Source: an uncultured Lachnospiraceae bacterium (GTDB taxonomy: Bacteria; Bacillota; Clostridia; Lachnospirales; Lachnospiraceae). From it: a stretch of 46,300 bases of DNA. Of the stretch, positions 17,650-27,333 are shown in pieces (position 1 is the first letter of the stretch; each line of letters starts with the position of its first letter). Under the pieces are notes generated by a model that was given only the letters and a program-made list of their open reading frames with translations, was not told the DNA's origin and ran no database searches. A program made the translations under genes and the position numbers. The stretch lies in NCBI GenBank assembly GCA_946566415.1, contig CAMNWW010000001.1, positions 1 to 46,300 on the forward strand, read 5' to 3'.

Positions 17650-18597
17650 GTGAGTAATTATAGTTTAAAGGAAATGATGAATAAACCGGAACGGCTCGCG
17701 CCTGGGCACAGGATGTGCGCCGGGTGCGGGGCGACGATCGCGGTGCGGGCGGTGCTTCGCGCACTCCATGAGGGGGACAGGGCCGTAATCGGGAACGCGA
17801 CCGGATGCCTGGAAGTATCCTCCTATATGTATCCCTATACCGCCTGGGAGGACAGCTACATCCACAATGCGTTTGAGAATGCAGGCGCTACATTGAGCGG
17901 TGTAGAGACGGCGTACCGGGCGCTCAAAAAACGCGGAAAACTTCCGGCGGATGAAACGTTCAAGTTCATTACTTTCGGAGGGGACGGAGGGACGTACGAT
18001 ATCGGTTTTCAGTCCTTGTCCGGTGCAATGGAAAGAGGACACGACCTGGTCTATGTCTGTTATGACAACGGCGCATATATGAATACCGGAATCCAGAGAT
18101 CATCGGCAACCCCTATGTTCGCGGACACGACCACTACGCCGGTGGGAAGCCAGTCGAGCGGAAAGATGCAGAACCGGAAAGATCTGGCGAGTATTATTGC
18201 GGATCATGATGTGCCTTATGCGGCGCAGACTACATTTACCACGGATTTCAAAGATATTCATGCCAAGTCGGAGAAAGCGATCTATACGGAAGGGGCGAGC
18301 TTTCTCAATATCATGGCGCCCTGCCCGAGAGGCTGGCGGTATGAGACTTCCGATATTATGAAGATCTGCAAGTTGGCGGTGGAGACTTGCTACTGGCCTC
18401 TCTTCGAGGTGGATCACGGAAAGTGGAGCTTGTCCTATGAACCGAAGAAAAAACTGCCGATCGAAGATTTCCTGCGGGAACAGGGAAGGTTCCGACATCT
18501 GTTTAAATCCGGGAACGAAGATTTGATTGCGCAGTTCCAGGCTGAGGTTGACCGCAGATGGGACGACCTTCTATATAAATGTAATCGGTACAAGTAA
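17650..18597 (+). CDS. porB: Oxidoreductase beta subunit (TPP-binding)
   Basis: GHRMCAGCG, GGDGGTYDIG...YDNGAYMNTG, APCPRGW. Confidence 0.92.
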   Translation: MSNYSLKEMMNKPERLAPGHRMCAGCGATIAVRAVLRALHEGDRAVIGNATGCLEVSSYMYPYTAWEDSYIHNAFENAGATLSGVETAYRALKKRGKLPADETFKFITFGGDGGTYDIGFQSLSGAMERGHDLVYVCYDNGAYMNTGIQRSSATPMFADTTTTPVGSQSSGKMQNRKDLASIIADHDVPYAAQTTFTTDFKDIHAKSEKAIYTEGASFLNIMAPCPRGWRYETSDIMKICKLAVETCYWPLFEVDHGKWSLSYEPKKKLPIEDFLREQGRFRHLFKSGNEDLIAQFQAEVDRRWDDLLYKCNRYK

Positions 18598-18626
18598 AGC
18601 ATACGGAAGCATAGAGGAGGGATGAG

Positions 18627-19511
18627 ATGACATTACTGACGTATCAGGTGTTTAAGACTGTAGCGGATATCGGAAGCTTCAATAAGGCGGCGGATATTCT
18701 CGGGCTCACTCCGTCCGCGATCAGCCATGCTATCTCGTCAATGGAAAATGAATTGGGTTTTTCTGTGCTCACCAGGGGTAAATCAGGCGTTACCTTGACG
18801 AACTGCGGCGAGCAACTCCTTCCTTATATTAATGCGGTACTCAACAGCGATGAGAGCTTAAAACAGGTGATCGCGGAGATGAACGGGCTGAGGCAGGGCA
18901 AAGTGAAGATCGGTGTGTTTTCCAGTGTATGTACAAACTGGATGCCGGAAATCCTTCAGACTTTCCACAAAAAATACGAAGGCGTTATGGTGGAAGTATT
19001 CCAGGGAACCTACGACGATGTATTCTATTGGATCAAAAACGGAGTCGTAGACCTGGGCTTTCTCTCCGTTTCCAGCGCAAAGGATATTCCTATCGAGCCG
19101 CTTTACCGGGATCCGCTGCTCTGCGTGATTCCTAAAGGAATGAAGAAAGAAGGCTCTGACGAATATATGGATATAGAGGAAATGCGCAGCCACCATTTCG
19201 TCACCCAAAGGGACTGTACGGACGCGGATATCCAGAATTTTCTGAGAGCAAATTCCCTCCACATTCAGTCAAAGTACCATGTGGTAGATGACCTTTCTAC
19301 AGTCGCATTGGTGGAGAAGGGATTTGGAATCTGCCTGATGCCGGAGCTGGTGATGAACGATATACCGTATGAGGTTGAATGTTACCGTATCCGCCCGGAG
19401 GCGAGCAGGATTATAGGGATCGCGGCGCCAAATCCGGGATTTATGGCGCCGGCGGTGAAGAAGATGTATCACCATATTCTGGAAAGATATCGGGAGGAGG
19501 AGTTCGGGTAG
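18627..19511 (+). CDS. LysR family transcriptional regulator
   Basis: GSFNKAADILGLTPSAISHAISSMENELG HTH; 294 aa. Confidence 0.93.
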   Translation: MTLLTYQVFKTVADIGSFNKAADILGLTPSAISHAISSMENELGFSVLTRGKSGVTLTNCGEQLLPYINAVLNSDESLKQVIAEMNGLRQGKVKIGVFSSVCTNWMPEILQTFHKKYEGVMVEVFQGTYDDVFYWIKNGVVDLGFLSVSSAKDIPIEPLYRDPLLCVIPKGMKKEGSDEYMDIEEMRSHHFVTQRDCTDADIQNFLRANSLHIQSKYHVVDDLSTVALVEKGFGICLMPELVMNDIPYEVECYRIRPEASRIIGIAAPNPGFMAPAVKKMYHHILERYREEEFG

Positions 19512-19534
19512 GGGAGAATCTAAGGTAAAAACAG

Positions 19535-19563
19535 TTGAAAAATATTTTGACATGGCATATAAT
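19535..19563 (+). promoter_or_regulatory. Promoter of putative antitoxin sRNA
   Basis: TTGAAA-17 nt-TATAAT with no downstream ORF on + strand. Confidence 0.65.
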
Positions 19564-19569
19564 ATATTT

Positions 19570-19666
19570 AACAGGAGAGCCGAAAGCTGGATGCCGCCAG
19601 CCGCCGGTAAATAGTTAACTACATAAAGTAGCGCCGCATCTTACCAGGACGAGGGCGCTACTTTTT
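19570..19666 (+). ncRNA. Putative cis-antisense antitoxin sRNA (~95 nt)
   Basis: Lies between a consensus promoter and terminator AAAGTAGCGCC...GGCGCTACTTTTT; overlaps the 3' end of the convergent peptide gene. Confidence 0.55.
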
Positions 19667-19744
19667 GCGTAAGATGAAAACAACAAGAGTTATTACAGCG
19701 CAAAGCATAATTACAAATTGGATTAAATCCGAGTATGTAACCAT
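19658..19744 (-). CDS. 28-aa hydrophobic peptide, putative type I toxin (MVTYSDLIQFVIMLCAVITLVVFILRKK)
   Basis: Translated by hand; RBS AAAGGGGG; one TM helix plus basic tail; below the ORF track cut-off. Confidence 0.75.
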   Translation of the reverse strand: MVTYSDLIQFVIMLCAVITLVVFILRKK

Positions 19745-19812
19745 AGCACCAGCCCCCTTTCATATATTCGGCGGCTGACGTAATCGCCCCTTCGGCTTCC
19801 CGGGTAAATATA

Positions 19813-20373
19813 TTATATTGTCATAGAGTAGATGGATAATTGGCGTTCCAGCCTGTCAATTTTAGATTCGTAGTCTTCCAGTTTGTCATAGTCTTTCGAT
19901 ACTAGTTCTATTAGGGAAGGAATGCACTTTTTTAAATGTCTCATTAATGCTTCAATATCTTCATGGGTGATATAATAGGGTTCGTTATCTATATTAAACT
20001 TATAATACTGAATATCACCATCAGAAGATAATATTTCATCATATTCACCGTAAAAATAAGTCAGAACCTTCATAAAATCCATAACAACATTATATTTTTC
20101 AATCGTATATTTATATACTTTTGTGAGGTGCCATTCATCGTTTGAAATTTGTGGTTTTAAAACTAATATATTTACATCCAGTACAGTGGCTATTTTTTCT
20201 AATGTTTCAATTTTTGGGTTTTTGATACCTGTTTCCCACTGGCCTATTTGCTGTTGGGATATTCCCCCGAGTCTTTTTCCGAGTTCTTTTTGGGTCATAT
20301 TTCTTGCTTTTCTGATTCGCCGTATATTTTCACCGACGCTTGTATTAGGATAAATACTATTCAATTCATTCAT
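19813..20373 (-). CDS. XRE/Cro-CI family HTH regulator
   Basis: GENIRRIRKARNMTQKELG...SQQQIGQWETGIKNPKIETLEKIA; AT-rich. Confidence 0.88.
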   Translation of the reverse strand: MNELNSIYPNTSVGENIRRIRKARNMTQKELGKRLGGISQQQIGQWETGIKNPKIETLEKIATVLDVNILVLKPQISNDEWHLTKVYKYTIEKYNVVMDFMKVLTYFYGEYDEILSSDGDIQYYKFNIDNEPYYITHEDIEALMRHLKKCIPSLIELVSKDYDKLEDYESKIDRLERQLSIYSMTI

Positions 20374-20619
20374 TGGATCACCTCAAGGTATATAATATCA
20401 TATAAAATCCCGAAATACAATCAAAAGGTGTTTAAATTTGAATAGAATGCATAAAAAACAAATGAAAGATTGTTATATTTACGAATGGCAGTACATTTAA
20501 AGAGTCAAATCCGAGTATGATAAGGAGTGTTTTCCTTGACAATACCGGTTTGTTTGTGCTAGTCTGATAGGCAGAAAAACTATCGGAAAATGTAAGGATT
20601 TAGGAGAAGGGAAAAGAAA

Positions 20620-22524
20620 ATGGCAGACAAACCAAAGTATTACATTACAACAGCTATTACCTATACATCCGGGAAACCGCATATCGGGAACACCTATGAG
20701 ATCGTTCTGGCGGATGCGATCGCCCGTTATAAGAGGAGCCAGGGCTATGAGGTGTTCTTCCAGACCGGAACGGACGAGCATGGACAGAAGATCGAGATGA
20801 AGGCAGAAGAAGCGGGAACAACGCCGAAGGAGTTTGTGGATAACGTGGCCGCTGAGATCCGCAGGATCTGGGATATGATGAATACGTCTTATGATAAATT
20901 CATCCGTACCACGGACGATTATCATGAGAAGGAAGTGCAGAAGATATTCAAGAAATTGTACGATAAGGGAGACATTTACAAAGGATATTACGAGGGAATG
21001 TACTGTACGCCCTGCGAGTCTTTTTTTACAGAATCCCAGCTCGTGGACGGCAAATGTCCGGACTGTGGACGTCCGGTACAGCCGGCAAAGGAGGAAGCAT
21101 ATTTTTTCAAAATGAGCAAATATGCGGATCGTTTGATTGAGCACATCAACAATCATCCGGAGTTTATTCAGCCTGTATCGAGAAAGAATGAGATGATGAA
21201 TAATTTCCTGCTTCCGGGGCTGCAGGATTTATGCGTTTCGCGTACCTCCTTTACGTGGGGAGTTCCGGTGGATTTTGACCCGAAGCATGTGGTCTATGTA
21301 TGGCTTGACGCACTGACGAACTATATTACCGGAATCGGGTACCATTGCGGAGATGAAAGTGACGAACTCTTCAATAAAAACTGGCCTGCGGACTTGCATC
21401 TGATCGGCAAAGATATTATACGTTTTCACACGATTTACTGGCCGATCTTCCTGATGGCGCTCGACCTGCCCCTTCCGAAGCAGATATTCGGTCACCCATG
21501 GCTGCTCCAGGGGGACGGCAAGATGAGCAAGTCCAAGGGTAATGTGCTTTATGCGGACGAGCTTGTCGATTTCTTCGGGGTGGATGCGGTACGGTATTTT
21601 GTTCTGCATGAGATGCCGTTTGAGAATGACGGCGTGATTTCCTGGGAGCTGATGGTGGAACGGCTGAATTCAGAACTTGCGAATACGCTGGGGAACCTGG
21701 TAAACCGTACCGTTTCTATGACGAATAAGTATTTTGGCGGGACGGTTACGGATAAGGGAGCGGCAGAAGAGGTGGACGCGGATCTGAAAACAGTCGTCTC
21801 CGATACTCCGAAGCAGGTGGAGAAGAAGATGGAAGGTCTGCGTGTGGCGGACGCCATCACAGAAATCTTTAACCTGTTCAAACGATGCAATAAATATATC
21901 GACGAGACGATGCCCTGGGTACTGGCGAAGGACGAGGAGAAGAAAGACCGCCTGGAGACGGTACTCTGGAATTTGATTCAGAGTATCTCCGAGGGAGCAC
22001 GCCTGCTGGAACCCTTTATGCCAGAGACATCCGGGAAAATTCTTGCGCAGCTCGGCGGCGGGCATGTGACGGATAAACCGGAGATCTTATTCCGGAGGCT
22101 GGATATAAAAGAGGTTCTGGAAAAGATAGAAAAGCTGCATCCTTCAGAGCCGGAGGCAAAGAAGGAAGAAGAGCCGGTGATTGATATCGAAGCAAAGCCG
22201 GAGATCACGTTTGAAGATTTTGGGAAAATGCAGTTCCAGGTAGGCGAGATCATCGCTTGCGAGGAAGTTAAGAAATCACGGAAACTGCTCTGTTCCCAGG
22301 TGAAGATAGGAAGCCAGGTGAAACAGATCGTGTCCGGGATTAAAGCGCATTATTCTGCAGAAGAGATGGTCGGCAAAAAGGTAATGGTTCTTGTGAATCT
22401 AAAGCCTGCGAAGCTGGCAGGCGTGCTTTCGGAAGGCATGCTGCTCTGTGCGGAGGACGCGGAGGGGAATCTTGCGCTTATGACGCCTGAGAAGGCGATG
22501 CCGTCCGGCGCGGAGATCTGCTAA
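20620..22524 (+). CDS. metG: Methionine--tRNA ligase
   Basis: HIGN and KMSKS motifs, zinc knuckle CTPCE/CPDC, C-terminal tRNA-binding domain. Confidence 0.97.
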   Translation: MADKPKYYITTAITYTSGKPHIGNTYEIVLADAIARYKRSQGYEVFFQTGTDEHGQKIEMKAEEAGTTPKEFVDNVAAEIRRIWDMMNTSYDKFIRTTDDYHEKEVQKIFKKLYDKGDIYKGYYEGMYCTPCESFFTESQLVDGKCPDCGRPVQPAKEEAYFFKMSKYADRLIEHINNHPEFIQPVSRKNEMMNNFLLPGLQDLCVSRTSFTWGVPVDFDPKHVVYVWLDALTNYITGIGYHCGDESDELFNKNWPADLHLIGKDIIRFHTIYWPIFLMALDLPLPKQIFGHPWLLQGDGKMSKSKGNVLYADELVDFFGVDAVRYFVLHEMPFENDGVISWELMVERLNSELANTLGNLVNRTVSMTNKYFGGTVTDKGAAEEVDADLKTVVSDTPKQVEKKMEGLRVADAITEIFNLFKRCNKYIDETMPWVLAKDEEKKDRLETVLWNLIQSISEGARLLEPFMPETSGKILAQLGGGHVTDKPEILFRRLDIKEVLEKIEKLHPSEPEAKKEEEPVIDIEAKPEITFEDFGKMQFQVGEIIACEEVKKSRKLLCSQVKIGSQVKQIVSGIKAHYSAEEMVGKKVMVLVNLKPAKLAGVLSEGMLLCAEDAEGNLALMTPEKAMPSGAEIC

Positions 22525-22545
22525 GGGATTACAACCATACAAGTG

Positions 22546-22581
22546 AAAAAATATGCCGGGACTGCGTCCCGGCATATTTTT
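22546..22581. terminator. Bidirectional Rho-independent terminator
   Basis: AAAAAATATGCCGGGAC-TGC-GTCCCGGCATATTTTT. Confidence 0.88.
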
Positions 22582-22589
22582 GCGTTTTG

Positions 22590-22886
22590 CTAACTAAGTT
22601 CTACCTTCAGCGCCTCTTCCGGCTTGAATTCATTGCGAAGGTCATACATATTATGTCCTGTAGATTCTCCCAATACTTTTCCTTTCAGAGAATAGCAGCG
22701 GATAAAACGTCTGTTGTCAATGGAAGACCAGTGCTCCACATCCCAGGTGATATAACCGTCGTCGTCCGTCTTTTCCCCCTTCAGATAAACATCAACCTGC
22801 CGTCCGTCTACCATGATATCAATCAGTTTTTGTGTGTCGGCCTCCAGTTCCACATCATTGACAGTATCGTATACTTTCATTTTCAA
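22590..22886 (-). CDS. Hypothetical protein (98 aa)
   Basis: Strong RBS AAGGAGGAG before the start; ends at the shared terminator. Confidence 0.75.
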   Translation of the reverse strand: MKMKVYDTVNDVELEADTQKLIDIMVDGRQVDVYLKGEKTDDDGYITWDVEHWSSIDNRRFIRCYSLKGKVLGESTGHNMYDLRNEFKPEEALKVELS

Positions 22887-22958
22887 TCTCCTCCTTAAAA
22901 AGATGCTGTACTATCTCTAGTATACATAAGCTGAAAACGATGAGCAAGTAAAAAATGA

Positions 22959-24352
22959 TTATTCATGATAAATATCTTGGATACGAAGGAGCGTAACTTC
23001 TCCTTTTTTGGCCAGTTCTAGCAGAGACGGCTGAAAACCGCTTTTTGAAAAGATATAGTAATGGAATTTACATCCCTTTTTAAACACTGAAGCATATTGC
23101 CGGAGCAGTTCTAATTCATCTGCACCTATCGGTGTATTCTTATATTTACAAGAACCGATAATATACTCATTTCCATCCACTGGGGTGCCTACGATATCAA
23201 TCTGCACTTCTTTATGCGTCTTTGGATCTGTACCCCACCATTGTCCGGCGTCACGAAGCAGGATGGGCAGATCATTGGCGTAGCGAAGCAGATATACCCG
23301 GCACATTTTTTCAAAGATCAGTCCCATATAGTCTGAATAAAATTGTTTTACTGCACGATCATAAATCTGTTCCATGTGTCCTGAACTGATCGCGGACATA
23401 TTCTTGGGAATGAAACGGTACCAAAACCGGAAGAAATTGTCATCTATGGTATATATGGTTCTTTTTCCAGGTTTCTCGGCGATGGGCGTCTCTTTTTTCA
23501 AAATCCCCAACTCTAACAATACCCGGAGATATTTTGCACAGATTCCAGACTCTACCCCTACCTTCGTGGAAATCTCGTTGGAATGGCTGGCTCCTCCGGC
23601 GATAGCAGATATAACGGAATTATAGATTGCTGGCTCTCTTAATTCCTGTTTCAAGAGGTTTTCCGGCTCCTCAAACAGATAACTGGACATATTAAATAAA
23701 TGTTCCCTCAGTGCTTCGTCCAGATCCGTTTCTATCTCAAGCTTATTGATATAATGAGGGATTCCCCCAGTGACGCCGTACAACAAGGCCTGATCTTCAA
23801 AACTTAGTCCGGGATGGAATTCCGTCACCTCACGATACGTCAAGGCCTGCAGCTTAAACTGGGCCGTACGTCTCCCATACAATGGACTCTCATATCCCAA
23901 CACCTGATACTCCATAAAACTCATGGATGAACCACATAAAATCAAAAATAACTGTCCGTTCTGCCATACATGGTCGATGATATGCTGCAATCTGGAGGAT
24001 ATGGATTTTTCTGCTTTTGCGAGATAGGGATATTCATCAATGACAAAAACCAGCCTTTGCTCTTTTGATATTTCGGTGATCGCCGCCAGTGCATCTTCGT
24101 AGCTTTGATAGACCGGTGCGTGAAGCATGTCCGGATTCTTGTAGAAATAAACTGCTCTGGATAACGCTTCGAGATTTTCTTGTGAAGAGGCATTTAACGC
24201 CGAAAAGTAGATTGTAGGTTTCCCTTTGCAAAATTCATTGATAAAGCCGTTTTACCCACACGCCGTCTTCCATATATGATGATACATTCAAATTTCCCTT
24301 TATCATATCGCAGGTTTAAAGTATGCATTTCATTATCACGACAATGGAACAT
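22959..24352 (-). pseudogene. ATPase_2 (archaeal ATPase-type) / DUF234 nuclease-like fusion, frameshifted just after Walker A
   Basis: RBS AAGGAGG, ATG 24352, MFHCRDNE...IYGRRRVGKTAL; a 1-nt loss near 24242-24245 shifts to INEFCKGK...; downstream VFVIDEYPY, WWG...QIDIV...GSCKY. Confidence 0.85.
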
Positions 24353-24473
24353 TTAGGCCTCCTTAAAAACAAACTCATGAGTAGGTAACTTATAAGTTTA
24401 TTATAATTTGATCGTACAATTTGTCAACCCATATAAATGAACAATTATTTTTTGAATTATAACGCATAAACCC

Positions 24474-24488
24474 TGACAAAAGATGTCA
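24474..24488. promoter_or_regulatory. Palindromic operator TGACA-N5-TGTCA upstream of a TATAGT -10 (24501-24506)
   Basis: Perfect dyad seen in sequence, 12 nt upstream of a -10-like hexamer. Confidence 0.5.
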
Positions 24489-24569
24489 AGATTTGTGCGT
24501 TATAGTAAATAACGTAACAACATTGCAACACAATATTTAATCACATTAGAAAAGCGGAGGTTAAGAAAA

Positions 24570-24848
24570 ATGAACGAGATGAATCAAAAATTTTGTCAGT
24601 GCTGCGGTATGCCGATGGGAGATACCAGCGAATTGTATGGAACAAGTGCAGACGGAAGCAAAAACGAAGAGTATTGTAGGTATTGTTTTGAAAAGGGTGA
24701 ATTTACCTTTCATGGCACCATGGAGGAAATGATCGAGGTTTGTGTACCCAATATGGCGTCTGCGAATCCTAATATGAGTGAAGAAGAAGCAAGAAAAATT
24801 ATGCTGGAATGGTTTCCGACATTAAAAAGATGGAAAAATAGGGCGTGA
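24570..24848 (+). CDS. Putative zinc ribbon domain protein
   Basis: FCQCCGMPM...YCRYCF...PTLKRWK. Confidence 0.85.
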   Translation: MNEMNQKFCQCCGMPMGDTSELYGTSADGSKNEEYCRYCFEKGEFTFHGTMEEMIEVCVPNMASANPNMSEEEARKIMLEWFPTLKRWKNRA

Positions 24849-24917
24849 TGTGGTACGATAAACGCTGGAAAACATCAACGTTATTAAGAACACTCTGTAT
24901 TAAGGGAGCGCAGTTTC

Positions 24918-25694
24918 ATGAGGATAGGCGTTTATCAGTTTTCGAGCACAAACAAAATTGATGATAATTTTAAAGTTATCGAAAAAGCAATCAAATTAGC
25001 GGCGGAAAGGGGAGGAAGGCTGATTGTTTTTCATGAATGCGCCCTTTGCGGGTATCCTCCCCTTGAACAAAAAATTGAGAAAATTAATAGAGAAGAAATA
25101 GAGATTAATTTGTCAAAAATATCTGCTCGTGCCAAACAACATAAAATATTTGTTGCTGTCGGCACGGTTCGATTTGATGGAGAAAACAGATATAACTCGA
25201 TTGTTGTTTTTGATGATAATGGGGAGTTGGCGGGATACTATGATAAGACGGCTCTGTGGGGATGGGACACGGACAATTTTGTCAGAGGAACAAAGCCAGG
25301 GATTTTTGAGATTGACGATATGAAAATTGGATTTCGTATATGTTTTGATGTTCGGTTTCCGGAACTTTTTAGAGAGCTATATAAGCAAAATGTAGATATT
25401 TGTTTTGTAAGCTTTTCAGATACAAGTGAAACACCTCTGCCAGCTCGATATGATATTATTAAAGCGCACCTTATAACAAGGGCAGTAGAAAATGTCATGC
25501 CGGTGGTTTCGGTAAACAGTATATCCAATTTTCAAACCGCTCCGACGGCTGTTTTTGATTATAATGGAAAGACCGTTCAAGAGGCAGAAGTTAATGTTGA
25601 GAGCCTGTTGCTTTATGATTTTATCAAGCCGGAAATATCCTTTGGAATGAAAGGCAGGATTGCGAATAATAATCGTTTTCTGAAATTTTCTTAA
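24918..25694 (+). CDS. Carbon-nitrogen hydrolase (nitrilase superfamily)
   Basis: E-K-C triad: VFHECAL, YYDKTAL, RICFDVRFPE. Confidence 0.88.
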   Translation: MRIGVYQFSSTNKIDDNFKVIEKAIKLAAERGGRLIVFHECALCGYPPLEQKIEKINREEIEINLSKISARAKQHKIFVAVGTVRFDGENRYNSIVVFDDNGELAGYYDKTALWGWDTDNFVRGTKPGIFEIDDMKIGFRICFDVRFPELFRELYKQNVDICFVSFSDTSETPLPARYDIIKAHLITRAVENVMPVVSVNSISNFQTAPTAVFDYNGKTVQEAEVNVESLLLYDFIKPEISFGMKGRIANNNRFLKFS

Positions 25695-25754
25695 ACCGTC
25701 TCATTGCAAAGATAAACTTCTTAAGGTATGCTTTGTACAAGGAGGAGTTAGATC

Positions 25755-26231
25755 ATGGCAAACGAAGATAAAAAAGATTTTAATGCAATGCTTAATGACA
25801 GCAAGGATATGCCGAAGTTTCAGACGATTACGGATGAAAAGAGTATAAAAAAGTATGGCGGGGACAGGATGTATTTTGCACCGCCCATTGATTATGACAG
25901 GGTAATGCGTCTTGTACCTTTTGGAAAAGTGCTCACAGTAGGGGTTATACGGGATTATTTTGCAAAGCAAAGCGGCGCCGATTTTACAGAACCAATTACC
26001 GCAGGGATATTTGTTTCAATAGCCGCGTGGGCAAGTTACCAACGAAAAGATGATAAAACGCCTTATTGGAGAACGCTGAAGGCGAATGGGGAATTAAACC
26101 CCAAATATCCCGGCGGAGCCGAGGCTCAAAAGGAAATGCTCGAAAAGGAGGGACACACCATAATTCAAAAAGGCAGGACAAATATAAAGTATTATTGTAA
26201 GGATTATGAGCAGTCATTATTTTCGCTATAA
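25755..26231 (+). CDS. MGMT-family / alkyltransferase-like DNA-binding protein
   Basis: VPFGKVLT...TPYWRTLKANGEL...LEKEG; PYWR replaces the catalytic PCHR. Confidence 0.75.
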   Translation: MANEDKKDFNAMLNDSKDMPKFQTITDEKSIKKYGGDRMYFAPPIDYDRVMRLVPFGKVLTVGVIRDYFAKQSGADFTEPITAGIFVSIAAWASYQRKDDKTPYWRTLKANGELNPKYPGGAEAQKEMLEKEGHTIIQKGRTNIKYYCKDYEQSLFSL

Positions 26232-26283
26232 CGGCTGCAAGTTTGCCTGGCTGGGAAATATTGATATGGAGAGGTGTTGTGGT

Positions 26284-26631
26284 ATGGTTAAGAAGAATAG
26301 TATTTGTATAGCAGTGTCTGCAGCGCTTATGCTGCTTTTCCCTTGGTGTGCTGTGAATTTTATAAAAGGTGACGGCGGTATGGCGGCGTGCTTCCTGTTG
26401 TTTTTTGCAGTAAATCCTATGGCGGCGGTGGCTATGGGCGTGATTTCAGGAAGAAATGTTCGTTCATCATGGTTTCAGCCTATACTTTTAGCCGTCTTAT
26501 TTCTCCTTGGAGCTTGGGCTTTCTTTAATATGGGAGAAAAGGCGTTTCTTCTGTATGCGGCAGTTTATTTGTTCCTGGGATGTGCGGCTATGCTGGCAAC
26601 TTCATTTGTTGTCAGAAAACGGGTTGGATAA
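26284..26631 (+). CDS. Small four-helix membrane protein
   Basis: Hydrophobic ORF; ATG 26284 follows GGAGAGGTG. Confidence 0.7.
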   Translation: MVKKNSICIAVSAALMLLFPWCAVNFIKGDGGMAACFLLFFAVNPMAAVAMGVISGRNVRSSWFQPILLAVLFLLGAWAFFNMGEKAFLLYAAVYLFLGCAAMLATSFVVRKRVG

Positions 26632-26714
26632 CTTTAGACCGAATGACAGGGATGTCGGACTGCTGGAAGGACCGGTAAAAGGCAAGGCGGAAAATTGGTA
26701 TTGGAGGAGAGGCC

Positions 26715-27248
26715 ATGGAAATAAAGACATTTGAAATTTCATATTTACAAGAGGCGAAAGCGGTTTTAAAGAGCGCGTTTTTCTGTGAGAACAGTGATGA
26801 AACATACAATGAATGGGAATTTGCGGAAAACGTTTTGAGATCGGACGGGTATTTGCCGGAGTTATGTGTAATTGCTTTGGAGGGAAAAAATGTGATCGGC
26901 TACAATATTCTGACGAAGGCAGAGATAGGCGGCAGATCCGGTCTGGCGTTGGGACCGCTGGGAGTGCAGAAGGAGTATCAGAATACGGGGGTAGGCTTTG
27001 CACTGGTAAATGAATCTATCCGGAGGGCGGCGGAATCAGGATATCCGTGGATCGTTGTGCTGGGCGGTGGCTATTATTCCCGGTTCGGATTTGAAAGCGT
27101 CAGGGATTATGGGATTACAGTCTCGGATAATGCAATTTACAATGAGCATTTACAGATATTGTTCCTGGATGAAACGGTAAAGAATGGGACTTTTGGAAAA
27201 CTGGTTTACTGCGATGCGTTTTATGATGCAGACGGGAATTTATTGTAG
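26715..27248 (+). CDS. GNAT family N-acetyltransferase (YhbS-like)
   Basis: LALGPLGVQKEYQNTGVG, VVLGGGYYSRFGF. Confidence 0.88.
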   Translation: MEIKTFEISYLQEAKAVLKSAFFCENSDETYNEWEFAENVLRSDGYLPELCVIALEGKNVIGYNILTKAEIGGRSGLALGPLGVQKEYQNTGVGFALVNESIRRAAESGYPWIVVLGGGYYSRFGFESVRDYGITVSDNAIYNEHLQILFLDETVKNGTFGKLVYCDAFYDADGNLL

Positions 27249-27333
27249 TATGAGTTATCCTTGTGGGGTAATATATGACACGTTTTAGAAGTGTCATGAT
27301 GAAATTACAGAATTTTAGGAGGAAGCTATCCAT

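Noticed and set aside
20520-20619. T-box or SAM riboswitch upstream of metG
   Set aside because: Promoter-like TTGACA...TAGTCT lies ~55 nt from the start; no T-box or S-box consensus and no terminator
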